Source: Gammaproteobacteria bacterium
GTDB taxonomy: Bacteria > Pseudomonadota > Gammaproteobacteria > SZUA-140
Direction of reading: 5' to 3'
DNA: 64,000 bases
Assembly: GCA_026982565.1 (NCBI GenBank)
Contig: JALSGV010000201.1
Span: 27,658 to 91,657 of the forward strand
How positions within the stretch are numbered: position 1 is the first letter of the stretch; the number at the start of each line of letters is the position of its first letter. Position numbers and translations under genes: made by a program. Below are positions 20,089 to 30,222 of this stretch, piece after piece. Below the pieces are notes generated by a model. It did not search any database. It was not told the origin of the DNA and saw only the letters and a list, made by a program, of their open reading frames with translations.

Positions 20089-21960
20089 TCAAGCGGGAAT
20101 ACGGTCCAGGTTCACAACATTATCTGGCACTACTTGTGACGCGGGATGCTTAGGCACCAATTTACCTAGCAAATCATGAAGCCGGGTGTCTTCATAAAAC
20201 TCGCAGGCCTCTTCAAGGGCCCGGATATCGGCCTCCAGCGATTCCCAATCACTTTCGTAGGAGCGCGCCAACAAAATCTTGTCATGGCTCGTGGCAAGAT
20301 GATCCTCCTGATCATAAAACAATTCCTCGTAGAGCTTTTCTCCAGGGCGCAGGCCTGTAAAAACTATCTCGATATCCTCACCAGGAACCTTGCCAGAAAG
20401 ACGGATCATTTGTTCGGCCAAATATGAAATCTTGACTGGCTCCCCCATATCCAGCACAAAAATCTCTCCTCCCCCACCTATCACAGCGGCCTGCATAATC
20501 AGCTGGGATGCTTCCGGAATAGTCATGAAATAGCGGGTGATTTCCGGGTGTGTAACTGTAATTGGGCCGCCCTCCTTGATCTGCTTGTGAAACAAGGGGA
20601 CAACGCTGCCAGCGGAACCCAGGACATTTCCGAAGCGCGTCGTGATAAAGCGCGTTCTTGAGCGCCCATTCAAGGACTGGCAATAAAGTTCCGCAATACG
20701 CTTGGTTGCCCCCATCACATTGGTCGGGTTGACGGCCTTATCAGTGGATATCATAACGAATGTTTCACAACCAAAACGGTCAGCCATGGCCGCCATGAGC
20801 TTGGTGCCCATCACATTGTTGCGTACTGCCTCACGGGCTCTCTGCTCCAGCATGGGGACATGTTTGTAGGCGGCGGCATGAAAAATCATCTCAGGCCGGT
20901 ATGTTTCATAGGCCTTGACCACTGAAGCCCGGTCACGCACATCCCCAAGGTAAGCATAGAGCACGAGGTCCGGATACTTGAGTTGAAGCTCCCGCTCTAT
21001 CCGATACAGATTATATTCATTATTTTCGAACACAATGAGTGCGCCGGGTCCCAGGCGGGCAATCTGGCGGCACAGCTCTGAACCGATGGAACCCCCACCG
21101 CCACTCACCAACACAGACTTCCCCGCCACGCCCTCACTAATAGCCTTCCAATCCAGGGACACGGGATCCCGGCTCAACAGGTCGTCCAAAGCCACTTCCC
21201 TGACATCATTGATACTGGCGCGCCCAGACAGCAGATCCTGAAAACGAGGCACAGTACGGAAGGGGATATCCACCTGTTCACATATCTCGACAATACGGCG
21301 CATCTGGGCATTGCTTGCCGAGGGAATAGCGATAATGACAATATCCACTTCGAATTTGTCAAGCATCTCAGCGAGCCGATTTATCGGCCCCAAAACCGGA
21401 ACGCCATGCATCTTGCTGCCACGGAGACGTTTGTTGTCATCCAGAAAACCAACCGGCATATATTCGCCACCGCGCCGCATATCGCGGCACAGCATCTCTC
21501 CTGCCTGGCCGGCCCCAAGGATCAAAACACGTTTGCAATCACCCCTGGATAAACTTGTGAATCGTTGCTCATTCCATATCCGATAAATCAGCCTCGGCGC
21601 GCCCAGGAGAAACACCAGATACACGGGGTAGAACAGGGAAACCGTCCTCGGCACCCCGTCCATTCGCTTAAATATAAACAGAATCAATGTGATAACAAGG
21701 ACACCAAGAACAGCAGCGCGCAGAATATTCCATAGATCCGCTATACTGGCGAAGCGCCACAATCCGCGATAGAGGCCAAATCTCCACAGAATCAATCCCT
21801 GAGCCACCATAACCACGGGGAGTGTCAGCCACAAATCCTGCCATGCAGGTTGGGGAATCGAGAAGTTATAGCGTGTGAAATAGGCGAGTCCCCAGGCAAC
21901 CGCCACCATCCCCAAATCATGTATCGCAATGGTTACACGACGATTTATCCTTCTTATCAC
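20089..21960 (-). CDS. membrane-anchored UDP-GlcNAc 4,6-dehydratase (WbpM/PglF/CapD family)
   Basis: 623 aa. N-terminal four-TM domain, then two Rossmann regions (ILGAGQAGEML; VSGGGGSIGSEL) and a YKHV-containing SDR catalytic region, as in WbpM/PglF. Confidence 0.9.
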   Translation of the reverse strand: MIRRINRRVTIAIHDLGMVAVAWGLAYFTRYNFSIPQPAWQDLWLTLPVVMVAQGLILWRFGLYRGLWRFASIADLWNILRAAVLGVLVITLILFIFKRMDGVPRTVSLFYPVYLVFLLGAPRLIYRIWNEQRFTSLSRGDCKRVLILGAGQAGEMLCRDMRRGGEYMPVGFLDDNKRLRGSKMHGVPVLGPINRLAEMLDKFEVDIVIIAIPSASNAQMRRIVEICEQVDIPFRTVPRFQDLLSGRASINDVREVALDDLLSRDPVSLDWKAISEGVAGKSVLVSGGGGSIGSELCRQIARLGPGALIVFENNEYNLYRIERELQLKYPDLVLYAYLGDVRDRASVVKAYETYRPEMIFHAAAYKHVPMLEQRAREAVRNNVMGTKLMAAMADRFGCETFVMISTDKAVNPTNVMGATKRIAELYCQSLNGRSRTRFITTRFGNVLGSAGSVVPLFHKQIKEGGPITVTHPEITRYFMTIPEASQLIMQAAVIGGGGEIFVLDMGEPVKISYLAEQMIRLSGKVPGEDIEIVFTGLRPGEKLYEELFYDQEDHLATSHDKILLARSYESDWESLEADIRALEEACEFYEDTRLHDLLGKLVPKHPASQVVPDNVVNLDRIPA

Positions 21961-22091
21961 CCCTTTCCCCTATGCAATTCCCTAGATAATCGACTACCCT
22001 CAATATGTTAACTCTATCTTATCATCCACACGCTCACAAGTGATTTAAGCTTTTGTGCCGGCCTCTCTCTGGATATGGTATTGCACCCAGC

Positions 22092-23267
22092 CTAAGCAAG
22101 ACTGGCTTGCCGCATGACTTTACATACTGCTTGACATATCGCATGCATATCATCGACGGATAAGGTTGGGTGCACTTGAAACATCAGACTAGTCTCTCCC
22201 AGCGCTCTGGCAACCGGGAGGCGCTCATCCGGGCGGAGCCCAGTCCCTTCGAATGCTTTCTCCAGATATATTTCCGGGCAAGATCCGCTAAAACAGGGCA
22301 CACCCATTTTCGTAACTGCATCAATTATCTTGTCCCTGTCCCAACCACTCCTCAGCATTTCCTGCTTTACAAACACATAATATTTATAGTACGCATGCCG
22401 TATTGATTCAGGCGCTTTAGTTACACGAAAAGCAGGTATGTCTTGAAAAGATTCTTCCAGAATTAATGCATTGCTTCGTCGCTTACGGTTCCAATCATGC
22501 ATTTTCTGTAACTGTATTCTGCCAATCGCAGCCTGCATTTCGGTCATCCGAGCATTTGTGCCAAATGACTCGTGCAGCCAGCGAAATCCGGCTGCATGCT
22601 CCCGATTGTAGACTGCATACCAGGATTTTCCATGATCCTTGAATGACCAGACACGTTCCCAGATAGTTTGGTCACTCGTTGTTAACATTCCTCCTTCACC
22701 GCCCGTCGTCATAATTTTATCCTGGCAGAAGGACCAAGCGGCAACATGCCCTAGTCCTCCCACAGGCTTGTCCTTATATAGTGCGCCATGCGATTGAGCA
22801 CAATCCTCAACCACGTATAAGTCATGTTTAAACGCTAGGGCCATCAAACCATCCATGTCACACGGCCAGCCAGCGAGATGAACAGCAATAATCGCGCGTG
22901 TTCGATCAGTAAGGACTTCGGCCACTGTGTCAGGCGTTATATTCTGGGAATCCACATCAACATCAGCAAATACGGGTGTCGCTCCCAGCATGACAATCGC
23001 ACTGACTGAGGCAATAAAGGTGCGCGGTGTAACAACCACCTCATCCCCCGGGCCAATTTCTAGAGCCCTCAATGCAATCTCTAGTGCTACAGTACCATTT
23101 GTCAGTGCTACGGCATGTTCAGTATTGCAGAATGTAGCGAACTCGACCTCAAACATACGGCCTTCTTCGCCTGTCCAATAATTAACTCTACCTGAACGTA
23201 ATGCACGTACAACAGCATCTTCTTCTTCCTGACCAAACTCGGGCCAAGATCCAAAATCCTGCATCAT
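22092..23267 (-). CDS. DegT/DnrJ/EryC1-family PLP aminotransferase (PglE-like UDP-4-keto-6-deoxy-sugar 4-aminotransferase)
   Basis: 391 aa with DegT-family motifs (TNGTVALEIALRAL…SFCQDKIMTTGGEGGM). Its position right downstream of wbpM/pglF and upstream of the PglD-like acetyltransferase supports the call. Confidence 0.8.
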   Translation of the reverse strand: MMQDFGSWPEFGQEEEDAVVRALRSGRVNYWTGEEGRMFEVEFATFCNTEHAVALTNGTVALEIALRALEIGPGDEVVVTPRTFIASVSAIVMLGATPVFADVDVDSQNITPDTVAEVLTDRTRAIIAVHLAGWPCDMDGLMALAFKHDLYVVEDCAQSHGALYKDKPVGGLGHVAAWSFCQDKIMTTGGEGGMLTTSDQTIWERVWSFKDHGKSWYAVYNREHAAGFRWLHESFGTNARMTEMQAAIGRIQLQKMHDWNRKRRSNALILEESFQDIPAFRVTKAPESIRHAYYKYYVFVKQEMLRSGWDRDKIIDAVTKMGVPCFSGSCPEIYLEKAFEGTGLRPDERLPVARALGETSLMFQVHPTLSVDDMHAICQAVCKVMRQASLA

Positions 23268-23896
23268 TAGATATGATCTCGTGCCGGAACACCCACAACA
23301 GTCAGTCCAGAGGCTATGTCATCTATCACAGCGGCACCAGCGCCAACTATGACATCATGACCTATGACACAGCCATGTATGACTGATGCACCGATCCCGA
23401 TCCAGCTTCTAGCACCTACATCCACATTTCCACCTAAGTGAGCTCCGGGTGAAATATGTACCCCATCTCCAATCTGGTTGTCGTGATCTACTGTTGCGGC
23501 AGTGTTAACTATGCATGCAGCGCCTAATTCTGAGCCTGTGTTAATTACTGCATTGGCAAAAACAACTGAACCCTTGCCAATTACTACATCTTCCGTTATC
23601 TGGGCAGAAGGGTGAATAATTGAGACAATATCAAAACCACAAGACTTAGTTCTTTCAAGTATCTCAATGCGGGTGGTATTGTCACCCACCGCAATCACAG
23701 CTTCTCCCCAATCAGAAACCAGACTATCCAATTCAGCTACTGCCCCGATTACAGACCAGACACCTGAAGAAAGCAACTCAGGATAACGATCATCAACAAA
23801 TGCAATTCGTTCCCATTGCCTAGATAATCGTGCTGCATCTGCCACTACACGGCCATGACCACCAGCACCAACAATCAATAGAGAGCGACTCATCAT
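23267..23896 (-). CDS. PglD/NeuD-family hexapeptide N-acetyltransferase
   Basis: N-terminal Rossmann-like LLIVGAGGHGRVVAD, then left-handed beta-helix hexapeptide repeats. One-nt overlap with the aminotransferase. Confidence 0.75.
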   Translation of the reverse strand: MMSRSLLIVGAGGHGRVVADAARLSRQWERIAFVDDRYPELLSSGVWSVIGAVAELDSLVSDWGEAVIAVGDNTTRIEILERTKSCGFDIVSIIHPSAQITEDVVIGKGSVVFANAVINTGSELGAACIVNTAATVDHDNQIGDGVHISPGAHLGGNVDVGARSWIGIGASVIHGCVIGHDVIVGAGAAVIDDIASGLTVVGVPARDHI

Positions 23897-24483
23897 GCAG
23901 AACCTCGAAACTTCTCCATAGTCGCATGCCCATCCTGACTTATTCCCTCACGGCATAAGACTTTTAAAATTGTCAACCAAAGGATCTTAACATCCAGCCA
24001 GAATGACCTGTTATCCACATACCAAACATCTAACTCAAATTTCTTTTCCCATGAAATTGCATTTCTCCCGTTTACCTGTGCCCACCCAGTAATTCCGGGT
24101 TTCACATCGTGGCGCCTGAATTGCCTCGCAGTATAAAGAGGTAAATATTCCATTAACAATGGTCTCGGACCAACAAGACTCATATCTCCTTTAAGTACGT
24201 TCCACAGCTCAGGCAGCTCATCAAGACTAGTAGAACGCAGAATACGCCCTACAGTAGTCAACCTTTCAGAATCATCAGAAACATCCCCATCAGAATCCAC
24301 TCTATCCTGCATTGTTCTAAATTTTATAAGCTCGAATGGCGCACCATTCAAACCAGGGCGTATTTGTCTGAAGAAAACGGGTGAGCCAACATCCGCCCGG
24401 ACCAACATCATTACAAGAAAAAAAAGTGGCGCTAGCAGAATCAAGGAAACCAGAGAAACAAGAATATCGAAAAACCTTTTCAT
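23893..24483 (-). CDS. bacterial sugar transferase (PglC/WbaP C-terminal-type undecaprenyl-phosphate sugar phosphotransferase)
   Basis: A single N-terminal TM (ILVSLVSLILLAPLFFLVMM) followed by PVFFRQIRPG…KFRTM…DELPELWNVLKGDMSLVGPRP, the hallmark of PglC-type initiating transferases. Confidence 0.85.
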   Translation of the reverse strand: MKRFFDILVSLVSLILLAPLFFLVMMLVRADVGSPVFFRQIRPGLNGAPFELIKFRTMQDRVDSDGDVSDDSERLTTVGRILRSTSLDELPELWNVLKGDMSLVGPRPLLMEYLPLYTARQFRRHDVKPGITGWAQVNGRNAISWEKKFELDVWYVDNRSFWLDVKILWLTILKVLCREGISQDGHATMEKFRGSA

Positions 24484-25703
24484 TTCTGATGATTGATTTT
24501 AACTAATCTCTCAATATAATCTCCCGCCAGTCTTGAATAGGATCTGTTTTTCAGTATCCACTTCCTCCCTTTGGCACCAATTTCAAGCCGCTCCGCAGGG
24601 GAAAAAGAGGCATACCTGAGAATAGCTTCCTGAATTGCTTGGGAATCATTAGAAGGAACAAATACGCCAGCTCCCGACTCATTAATCATTGAAGGAAAAC
24701 CTGAATAAGAGGCAATAATAGGTCTGCCAGACATCATGTACTCTACAACCTTATTCATTGACTGACCGAATCTCCAAACACCGGACTTCTTTGTCGATAA
24801 ATACAAAATATCACAACGGCTAAGAAACTGAGGAACATCACAAGCTCGTATTCTGGGAACAAAGGTAACATTCTTGTTCATCTCCAGGTCTTGTTCAAAA
24901 TTCTCCCGCAGATCTCCTCCACCCGTTAATACAAAGTGTATATTTTTATACTGCTCCATTCTCTTTATACACTCAACAAGTGGCTCTAGCGCATTACTTA
25001 CTCCCATGCTTCCAGCATATCCAACGATAATCTTTTTCTCCGGAAAGTACTGATCAAGATTCGGCCCATGAATATCATTATTTTTTGAGCAGGTTTCACG
25101 ATCATACCCAATAGGAGAACAAAAAAATGGTCTTTCATAACCAATTGACTCTCTGACGTGCAAATCCAGTCGTGGCATTGTTCCAACAATAAGGTCTGAG
25201 TGCCTATAACCAAATTTTTCAACAATTCTTAAAAACATAACCAGTGGGTGCCTCCTGCTGTATCCTCCCTCCTCAATCATGGTTAGTGGCCAAATATCCC
25301 GCACCTCGAAAACAAGCGTCGCCTTGTACCGCCTCTTCAAATAATACCCGTATATTATTGTCAATAGAGAAAGAGAAGACACTATGACCACCTCAGGTGT
25401 AGGCAACATGCTTTTCTTCATAAAAAAAAGCTTGGCATCAAAATCAATCCAGCTTAATACTCTGGATATTGACGCTGTTCTTGTATATTTTTTAGTTTTT
25501 ATCCAATAAACCGGGGTATTCTCGACTTTCTCATAGTTATAAATCTTCCTGCTGGAAGGAAAATCACACAAATGGTTCGCGTCAGAGGTTATCAGGATCG
25601 CTTCTTGACCACAGCTATTGAACTCATTTGCCAGATGAAACAGTCTGGATGCCGCCCCGTACTTGGGTATGCTCGCATATTTTGAAATGAACCATACTCT
25701 CAT
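24480..25703 (-). CDS. GT4-family (group 1) glycosyltransferase
   Basis: GT-B fold, 407 aa, with a C-terminal EX7E-like region (…MEQYKNIHFVLTGGGDLRE…E…). Four-bp overlap with pglC-like. Confidence 0.75.
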   Translation of the reverse strand: MRVWFISKYASIPKYGAASRLFHLANEFNSCGQEAILITSDANHLCDFPSSRKIYNYEKVENTPVYWIKTKKYTRTASISRVLSWIDFDAKLFFMKKSMLPTPEVVIVSSLSLLTIIYGYYLKRRYKATLVFEVRDIWPLTMIEEGGYSRRHPLVMFLRIVEKFGYRHSDLIVGTMPRLDLHVRESIGYERPFFCSPIGYDRETCSKNNDIHGPNLDQYFPEKKIIVGYAGSMGVSNALEPLVECIKRMEQYKNIHFVLTGGGDLRENFEQDLEMNKNVTFVPRIRACDVPQFLSRCDILYLSTKKSGVWRFGQSMNKVVEYMMSGRPIIASYSGFPSMINESGAGVFVPSNDSQAIQEAILRYASFSPAERLEIGAKGRKWILKNRSYSRLAGDYIERLVKINHQK

Positions 25704-25706
25704 CGT

Positions 25707-27521
25707 CTAGTAGAGCTTAGGCATTCTATTGATAGTTTCAATTGCGCTTGTATAGTCAATACCTACGGCTTGCAGATACCATTTAATACTTTCGTACCGA
25801 GGCTGGTTCTCGACCTCAACCAGACTTAGAGCATCTTCACGGGATAGCGCGCCTTCTCTTACCTGATTACTCCTAAAAGTATCATGTTCGGTAAATCCGG
25901 CGACTGTATAGTATATGTAATTGTAAAATGCTGCAGTGGCATCCCCAATGCGCCAGCTCGTATTTGTATCAGGCGACCTTTCCCAGTTGTATTGGTCTAA
26001 GGTCTCGTCAATCACCTTCTCATCCCAAACCCAGTAGTCAAACACATGGAAATAATCTGTCTTTTTGTGGATACTGCGCCAATACTCCCCTGACAAAGTA
26101 TCGAACAGGGACGAGTTGAAATAGCCTGGATTCCTGAACATTTGATAAGCTCTTTTGGATTGATAATAAAGCTGGGCCATCATACCGTGATTGTATACAT
26201 GTCGTCCTTCAAAGGATGGAGGTATACCCAGGAAGCCGGTCTTAAAATGTGTAACCTCAAGGGGATTTATTCCCCACAGGTTCAGGCTGATCTCTGTTTG
26301 CTTCTTTACCAGCTCAACATATCTGAAAAAATGCTTATCTCCGGCAGTCAGCAAACTTATCATCCCAAGATGAGGCCGTTTCAGCCAGGCAGAAAGATTT
26401 TTCCGGATATTCCTTCGCTTAAGCTCTATGTCTGCAGCGATAATAATATTCTCAACACCTAGCGCCGCACACATGCGGCTGATATTTCTCCTTCCCAGAT
26501 CGGTTATCATCCCCCAGTCATAAGTATAAGCAATAGGGTTCATCTTCAACTCGTTTACGATTAAATGTAATGAATAGCAGCTGTCCCTGCCACCTGAGAA
26601 AGGGACGATGCAATCGGGCTTGTCATTTCTACGATAAGGCTCAACCAGATCAAATAACATCTCGACGGGTTTAGGATGATTTCTAATTGTATAGTTGTGA
26701 CAATAATTACATATTCCATCCTGATCAAAGCGAATATAGGGCATAGTCTCAGGAAGGATACACCTGGAGCACCTCCTTAATTCAGGAACGATGAATTCAA
26801 GCAGATTCTCTTCACCTGCATCTGTAATCACATCAGGCAGGAGGTTAGGCCTATGTTTACTCGCAACAGTAGACTCCATGATTTTCTCAGCAATAGGAAT
26901 CTTAAGCTCAAGTGTACTCTTGACCTGGCTGACGTTTTCGCAACCAATCTCTACCAAAGGAAATGATTCTGACGAGAAATAAAGATCACCCTCCTTGAAT
27001 CCTGTGTATAAACTGCCGTTATTCGAAAACAGAAGGAGAACCCCCTCTGCGGGAATAAATGCTGCTGCGGAAATCACCCCTTCGCAATCTGAAAACAATA
27101 TACTTGCTATCTCATCAACTGACCGTCCCTTACTCCTTTCTTCCTTGATAATTACAGGTATAATTTCCGTATCGATGGAGAATTTTCGCTCAGCATCTCT
27201 TTTATCCCAAAGCGTATCAACATTGCATATGATCCCATTGTGTATAACGATGATGCCGTCTCGAATTACAGGCTGGTTATCCAAAACACCATTCGTGACC
27301 AATCGGCTATGCCCTGCTACAATCCTAGGCGCTTTTATTTCTGTCCGCGCCACCAGATCACTAACAGGCATATCTGCTCTGATAACTTTATATTTGTCAT
27401 CCACAAATAAAATCAACCCGGATGAGTCTCTGCCACGTTGCTCCGCAGCCTCTGCAAGCAAAGTGATTTCGTTTGTTTTTTGTTCATCGCTGCTTAACAA
27501 ACAGCCAAATATGCCACACAT
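25707..27521 (-). CDS. fusion: N-terminal class-II (Ntn) glutamine amidotransferase domain plus Zn-ribbon plus PP-loop N-acetyl-sugar amidotransferase (WbpG/WbuX/PseA-like)
   Basis: Starts MCGIFG (catalytic Cys2 of class-II GATases). Residues about 250-275 are CSRCILPETMPYIRFDQDGICNYC. Around residue 308 is PFSGGRDSCYSL, a PP-loop SGGxDS. Confidence 0.7.
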   Translation of the reverse strand: MCGIFGCLLSSDEQKTNEITLLAEAAEQRGRDSSGLILFVDDKYKVIRADMPVSDLVARTEIKAPRIVAGHSRLVTNGVLDNQPVIRDGIIVIHNGIICNVDTLWDKRDAERKFSIDTEIIPVIIKEERSKGRSVDEIASILFSDCEGVISAAAFIPAEGVLLLFSNNGSLYTGFKEGDLYFSSESFPLVEIGCENVSQVKSTLELKIPIAEKIMESTVASKHRPNLLPDVITDAGEENLLEFIVPELRRCSRCILPETMPYIRFDQDGICNYCHNYTIRNHPKPVEMLFDLVEPYRRNDKPDCIVPFSGGRDSCYSLHLIVNELKMNPIAYTYDWGMITDLGRRNISRMCAALGVENIIIAADIELKRRNIRKNLSAWLKRPHLGMISLLTAGDKHFFRYVELVKKQTEISLNLWGINPLEVTHFKTGFLGIPPSFEGRHVYNHGMMAQLYYQSKRAYQMFRNPGYFNSSLFDTLSGEYWRSIHKKTDYFHVFDYWVWDEKVIDETLDQYNWERSPDTNTSWRIGDATAAFYNYIYYTVAGFTEHDTFRSNQVREGALSREDALSLVEVENQPRYESIKWYLQAVGIDYTSAIETINRMPKLY

Positions 27522-27553
27522 AAATGATTCCTTATTACATCATTACATCAAAA

Positions 27554-28702
27554 TTATTTATCATCGTCGGATGTGACCTTTCTATATAATTGTATCAGCC
27601 TAGATGCCTGCGCCTCCCAGCCTAGCGCCACCAAGTCTGTGACTGAGAAATCAGAAGCCAAATCATCACGCTCAAATCTTTTAATACCTTCAATCACATC
27701 ATCGAGATTCAGGTCAACGCAAACGCCTATCCTGTACTGGTTTACAATTGCAGAAATATCAGGGAAATTTGACGCCAAGACCGGAATTCCAGAAAAGCAG
27801 TATTCAAATAATTTGTTAGGCAGGGAGTAATAATCACTCAACGAGACATTTTGAATTAAACATAACCCTACATCAGCAGTCCTCACAACCGACACTACCC
27901 TTTCGTGCTCAACGGCATCATGCACGTATATATTACTGTTTTTGTCGGCTATTTCGTTTAGCTCATCTGATAAAGGCCCATACCCTAAAAAAACCAAGGA
28001 TGAATTAATGCATTTGTTTTTAAAAGCCTCAACGATGAGGTCAATGCCGCGACCAGGACCTAGTATACCAACATAAATAAATATTTTTCTCCCTTTTTCA
28101 ATACCATACCTGTCCCGCAGATAATCGGTGCTGACAGGTCCTGATTGTACTTCTATAACCGGTGAATTCAATACAACCGCACTCGGTTTTTCTCCTACGT
28201 TGGCTTTATACCACGTTTCAATTGAAGGGCTGACAACTACGAGAGCATCTACAAAATACCAGGCGGCCTTTTCTATTAATAATGTTATTTTCCCTAGGAA
28301 TCGGGACAAACCGTTCCGGTTGGATTCCAACTCATGGGCATCATACACAAGTCTTGCGCTGGTAAATAATTTCACCAAAACACCTATTGGCAGGACCAGC
28401 GTATCGTTACAATGAATAATGTCAGGCTTACATTTCACGGCCAGGTAAAAGGCCCTTAACAAGAATTCAGTGAAAACAAAAAAATGTTGTAATATTTTTG
28501 GGCGTCTAACAAATTTTTTCGATATAAGCGCGATAGATATAATGTCACCTGGATTTATTAAATTAGAAGTAGCACGATTCACTTCACATTTAATACCAAT
28601 ACCTGTTACTTGGTACCCGGAATTCCTGGCCGCATCAATTTCTTTTATAATTCGCGAGTCAGACATGATATCTGTCTGTGTGAGATGCAATATTTTTTTC
28701 AT
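27554..28702 (-). CDS. GT4-family glycosyltransferase
   Basis: GT-B fold. C-terminal half has …VFLGYGPLSDELNEIAD…E…NKLFEYCFSGIPVLAS (EX7E). The ORF extends to 28750; start probably MKKILHLTQ. Confidence 0.8.
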   Translation of the reverse strand: MKKILHLTQTDIMSDSRIIKEIDAARNSGYQVTGIGIKCEVNRATSNLINPGDIISIALISKKFVRRPKILQHFFVFTEFLLRAFYLAVKCKPDIIHCNDTLVLPIGVLVKLFTSARLVYDAHELESNRNGLSRFLGKITLLIEKAAWYFVDALVVVSPSIETWYKANVGEKPSAVVLNSPVIEVQSGPVSTDYLRDRYGIEKGRKIFIYVGILGPGRGIDLIVEAFKNKCINSSLVFLGYGPLSDELNEIADKNSNIYVHDAVEHERVVSVVRTADVGLCLIQNVSLSDYYSLPNKLFEYCFSGIPVLASNFPDISAIVNQYRIGVCVDLNLDDVIEGIKRFERDDLASDFSVTDLVALGWEAQASRLIQLYRKVTSDDDK

Positions 28703-28892
28703 TATGTGTAAGGCCCTCAAATTCTGAACACATTTTTGCACAAAATTCAAACCGCCTTCGCCACGGATGCGCCGGGATTACCAGTCGAAGCTGGAAAACG
28801 GAATTAAATTCAAAGATGATTTTTGAGGTGAAAGCAGGCGATCAGGCCACGGCTTGTTTCAACTGGCCAAACAGCAGATTTGGCAATAACTC

Positions 28893-30197
28893 CTATCTTA
28901 CTGAATATCCAGCTTTCGACCTTACTAAGTATATTATAATAATTGCGACGAAAAAACCGTGCGTAAGCATTGCAGTAAACAAGTCAGTGGATATTAAAAA
29001 GCTCCTTAATGGCACTATGGTTAAAGAAAGAGAAACCCATAATGGCAATGATAGGAAAGTAATGTCATCGATAAACCGCAGCAAAATACCGACCAAAATC
29101 GAATAAAATATAACACCCAAATATCCTGCATGAGCAAACCCCATTGATACAAAGCCATTATTTGCATTTAAGTCATCTTTCCCCAAGAATTGACCAATAA
29201 CCTCTCCAACAGGACGATCATATGGGTATTCGACTAATGATTTTAAAATTGAATTTGACCAATAAACATTTGGGTTAGAGGCAAAGAATTCAAAATAATC
29301 GTACGTCAGGCGAGCTGGAACAAAGAATACCCGTCTCGAAAATAACGATGAAGCCGTGACATCACCCATAAAATAGTAAGTTAATAGTGAAGCCACAATG
29401 ACACTACTAAAAATAAAGGGCACTACAACAGCACTATTGGTCTTTCTAAAATAAAACCAAATTCCCACCACCAAGACAGGATAAAACAATACTGCCTTAT
29501 GCGCGGAAGCAGCAAAGAAATAAACCTGTATTAAAAATAAAATTACAGCTATAAAATAGCGCTTGTACAGTAATGCAAAGGTAAATAGGGTCACGTTAAA
29601 TATCTGATATGTCCAATTATTCGTATAGGCGAGTATTCCTCGCGCTGCAATTTCAGCGTTTCCCCTCCTAAATTCATACACCTTAGAAAAGTCTAAATTA
29701 AACTTTACACCAGAAACAAAATACCAAACGATTAGTAGCACAACAAATACAAGCGATACAACTACAGCAATCCCCATCCCATATTTAATTGTTGGCAACC
29801 CTTTAAAGGAAAAAAATTTAATATGACTGATAATATATGTTAAAAATAACGCAACATAGACAGTTAATAGTGGTAGTAAATCACGATTTGCATCGTAACC
29901 ATATAGAATAGTAATTGGAGCTAGCACACCTAATAATGCGGTGATAAAAAAATAGTCACTCACCCTTGTAATACGCCCCCTAACCATCACGAAAGAAAGA
30001 ATGAAAATAAGCCACGAAAGAATATAGTTAGAGAGCTGGAAGTTAATACTATAACCAAGATAACCAAAGACAGTACTGACAATATTGACGTAAGACGCCT
30101 CAAGTAATGCCCTAAACAGCAATGCAAACAAGAAAAAATTCCTGCTTTTAAGAAAACTGCCATAAATATTTTTGTTGATATAATTCACAGCCACCAT
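28893..30197 (-). CDS. polytopic membrane protein, probable O-antigen polymerase Wzy
   Basis: 434 aa, about 10-12 TM helices, very AT-rich, no soluble domains. Located among GT, Wzx and modification genes. Assigned by context only. Confidence 0.5.
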   Translation of the reverse strand: MVAVNYINKNIYGSFLKSRNFFLFALLFRALLEASYVNIVSTVFGYLGYSINFQLSNYILSWLIFILSFVMVRGRITRVSDYFFITALLGVLAPITILYGYDANRDLLPLLTVYVALFLTYIISHIKFFSFKGLPTIKYGMGIAVVVSLVFVVLLIVWYFVSGVKFNLDFSKVYEFRRGNAEIAARGILAYTNNWTYQIFNVTLFTFALLYKRYFIAVILFLIQVYFFAASAHKAVLFYPVLVVGIWFYFRKTNSAVVVPFIFSSVIVASLLTYYFMGDVTASSLFSRRVFFVPARLTYDYFEFFASNPNVYWSNSILKSLVEYPYDRPVGEVIGQFLGKDDLNANNGFVSMGFAHAGYLGVIFYSILVGILLRFIDDITFLSLPLWVSLSLTIVPLRSFLISTDLFTAMLTHGFFVAIIIIYLVRSKAGYSVR

Positions 30198-30222
30198 AAT
30201 ATAGTAGGTTCATATCGACGCA

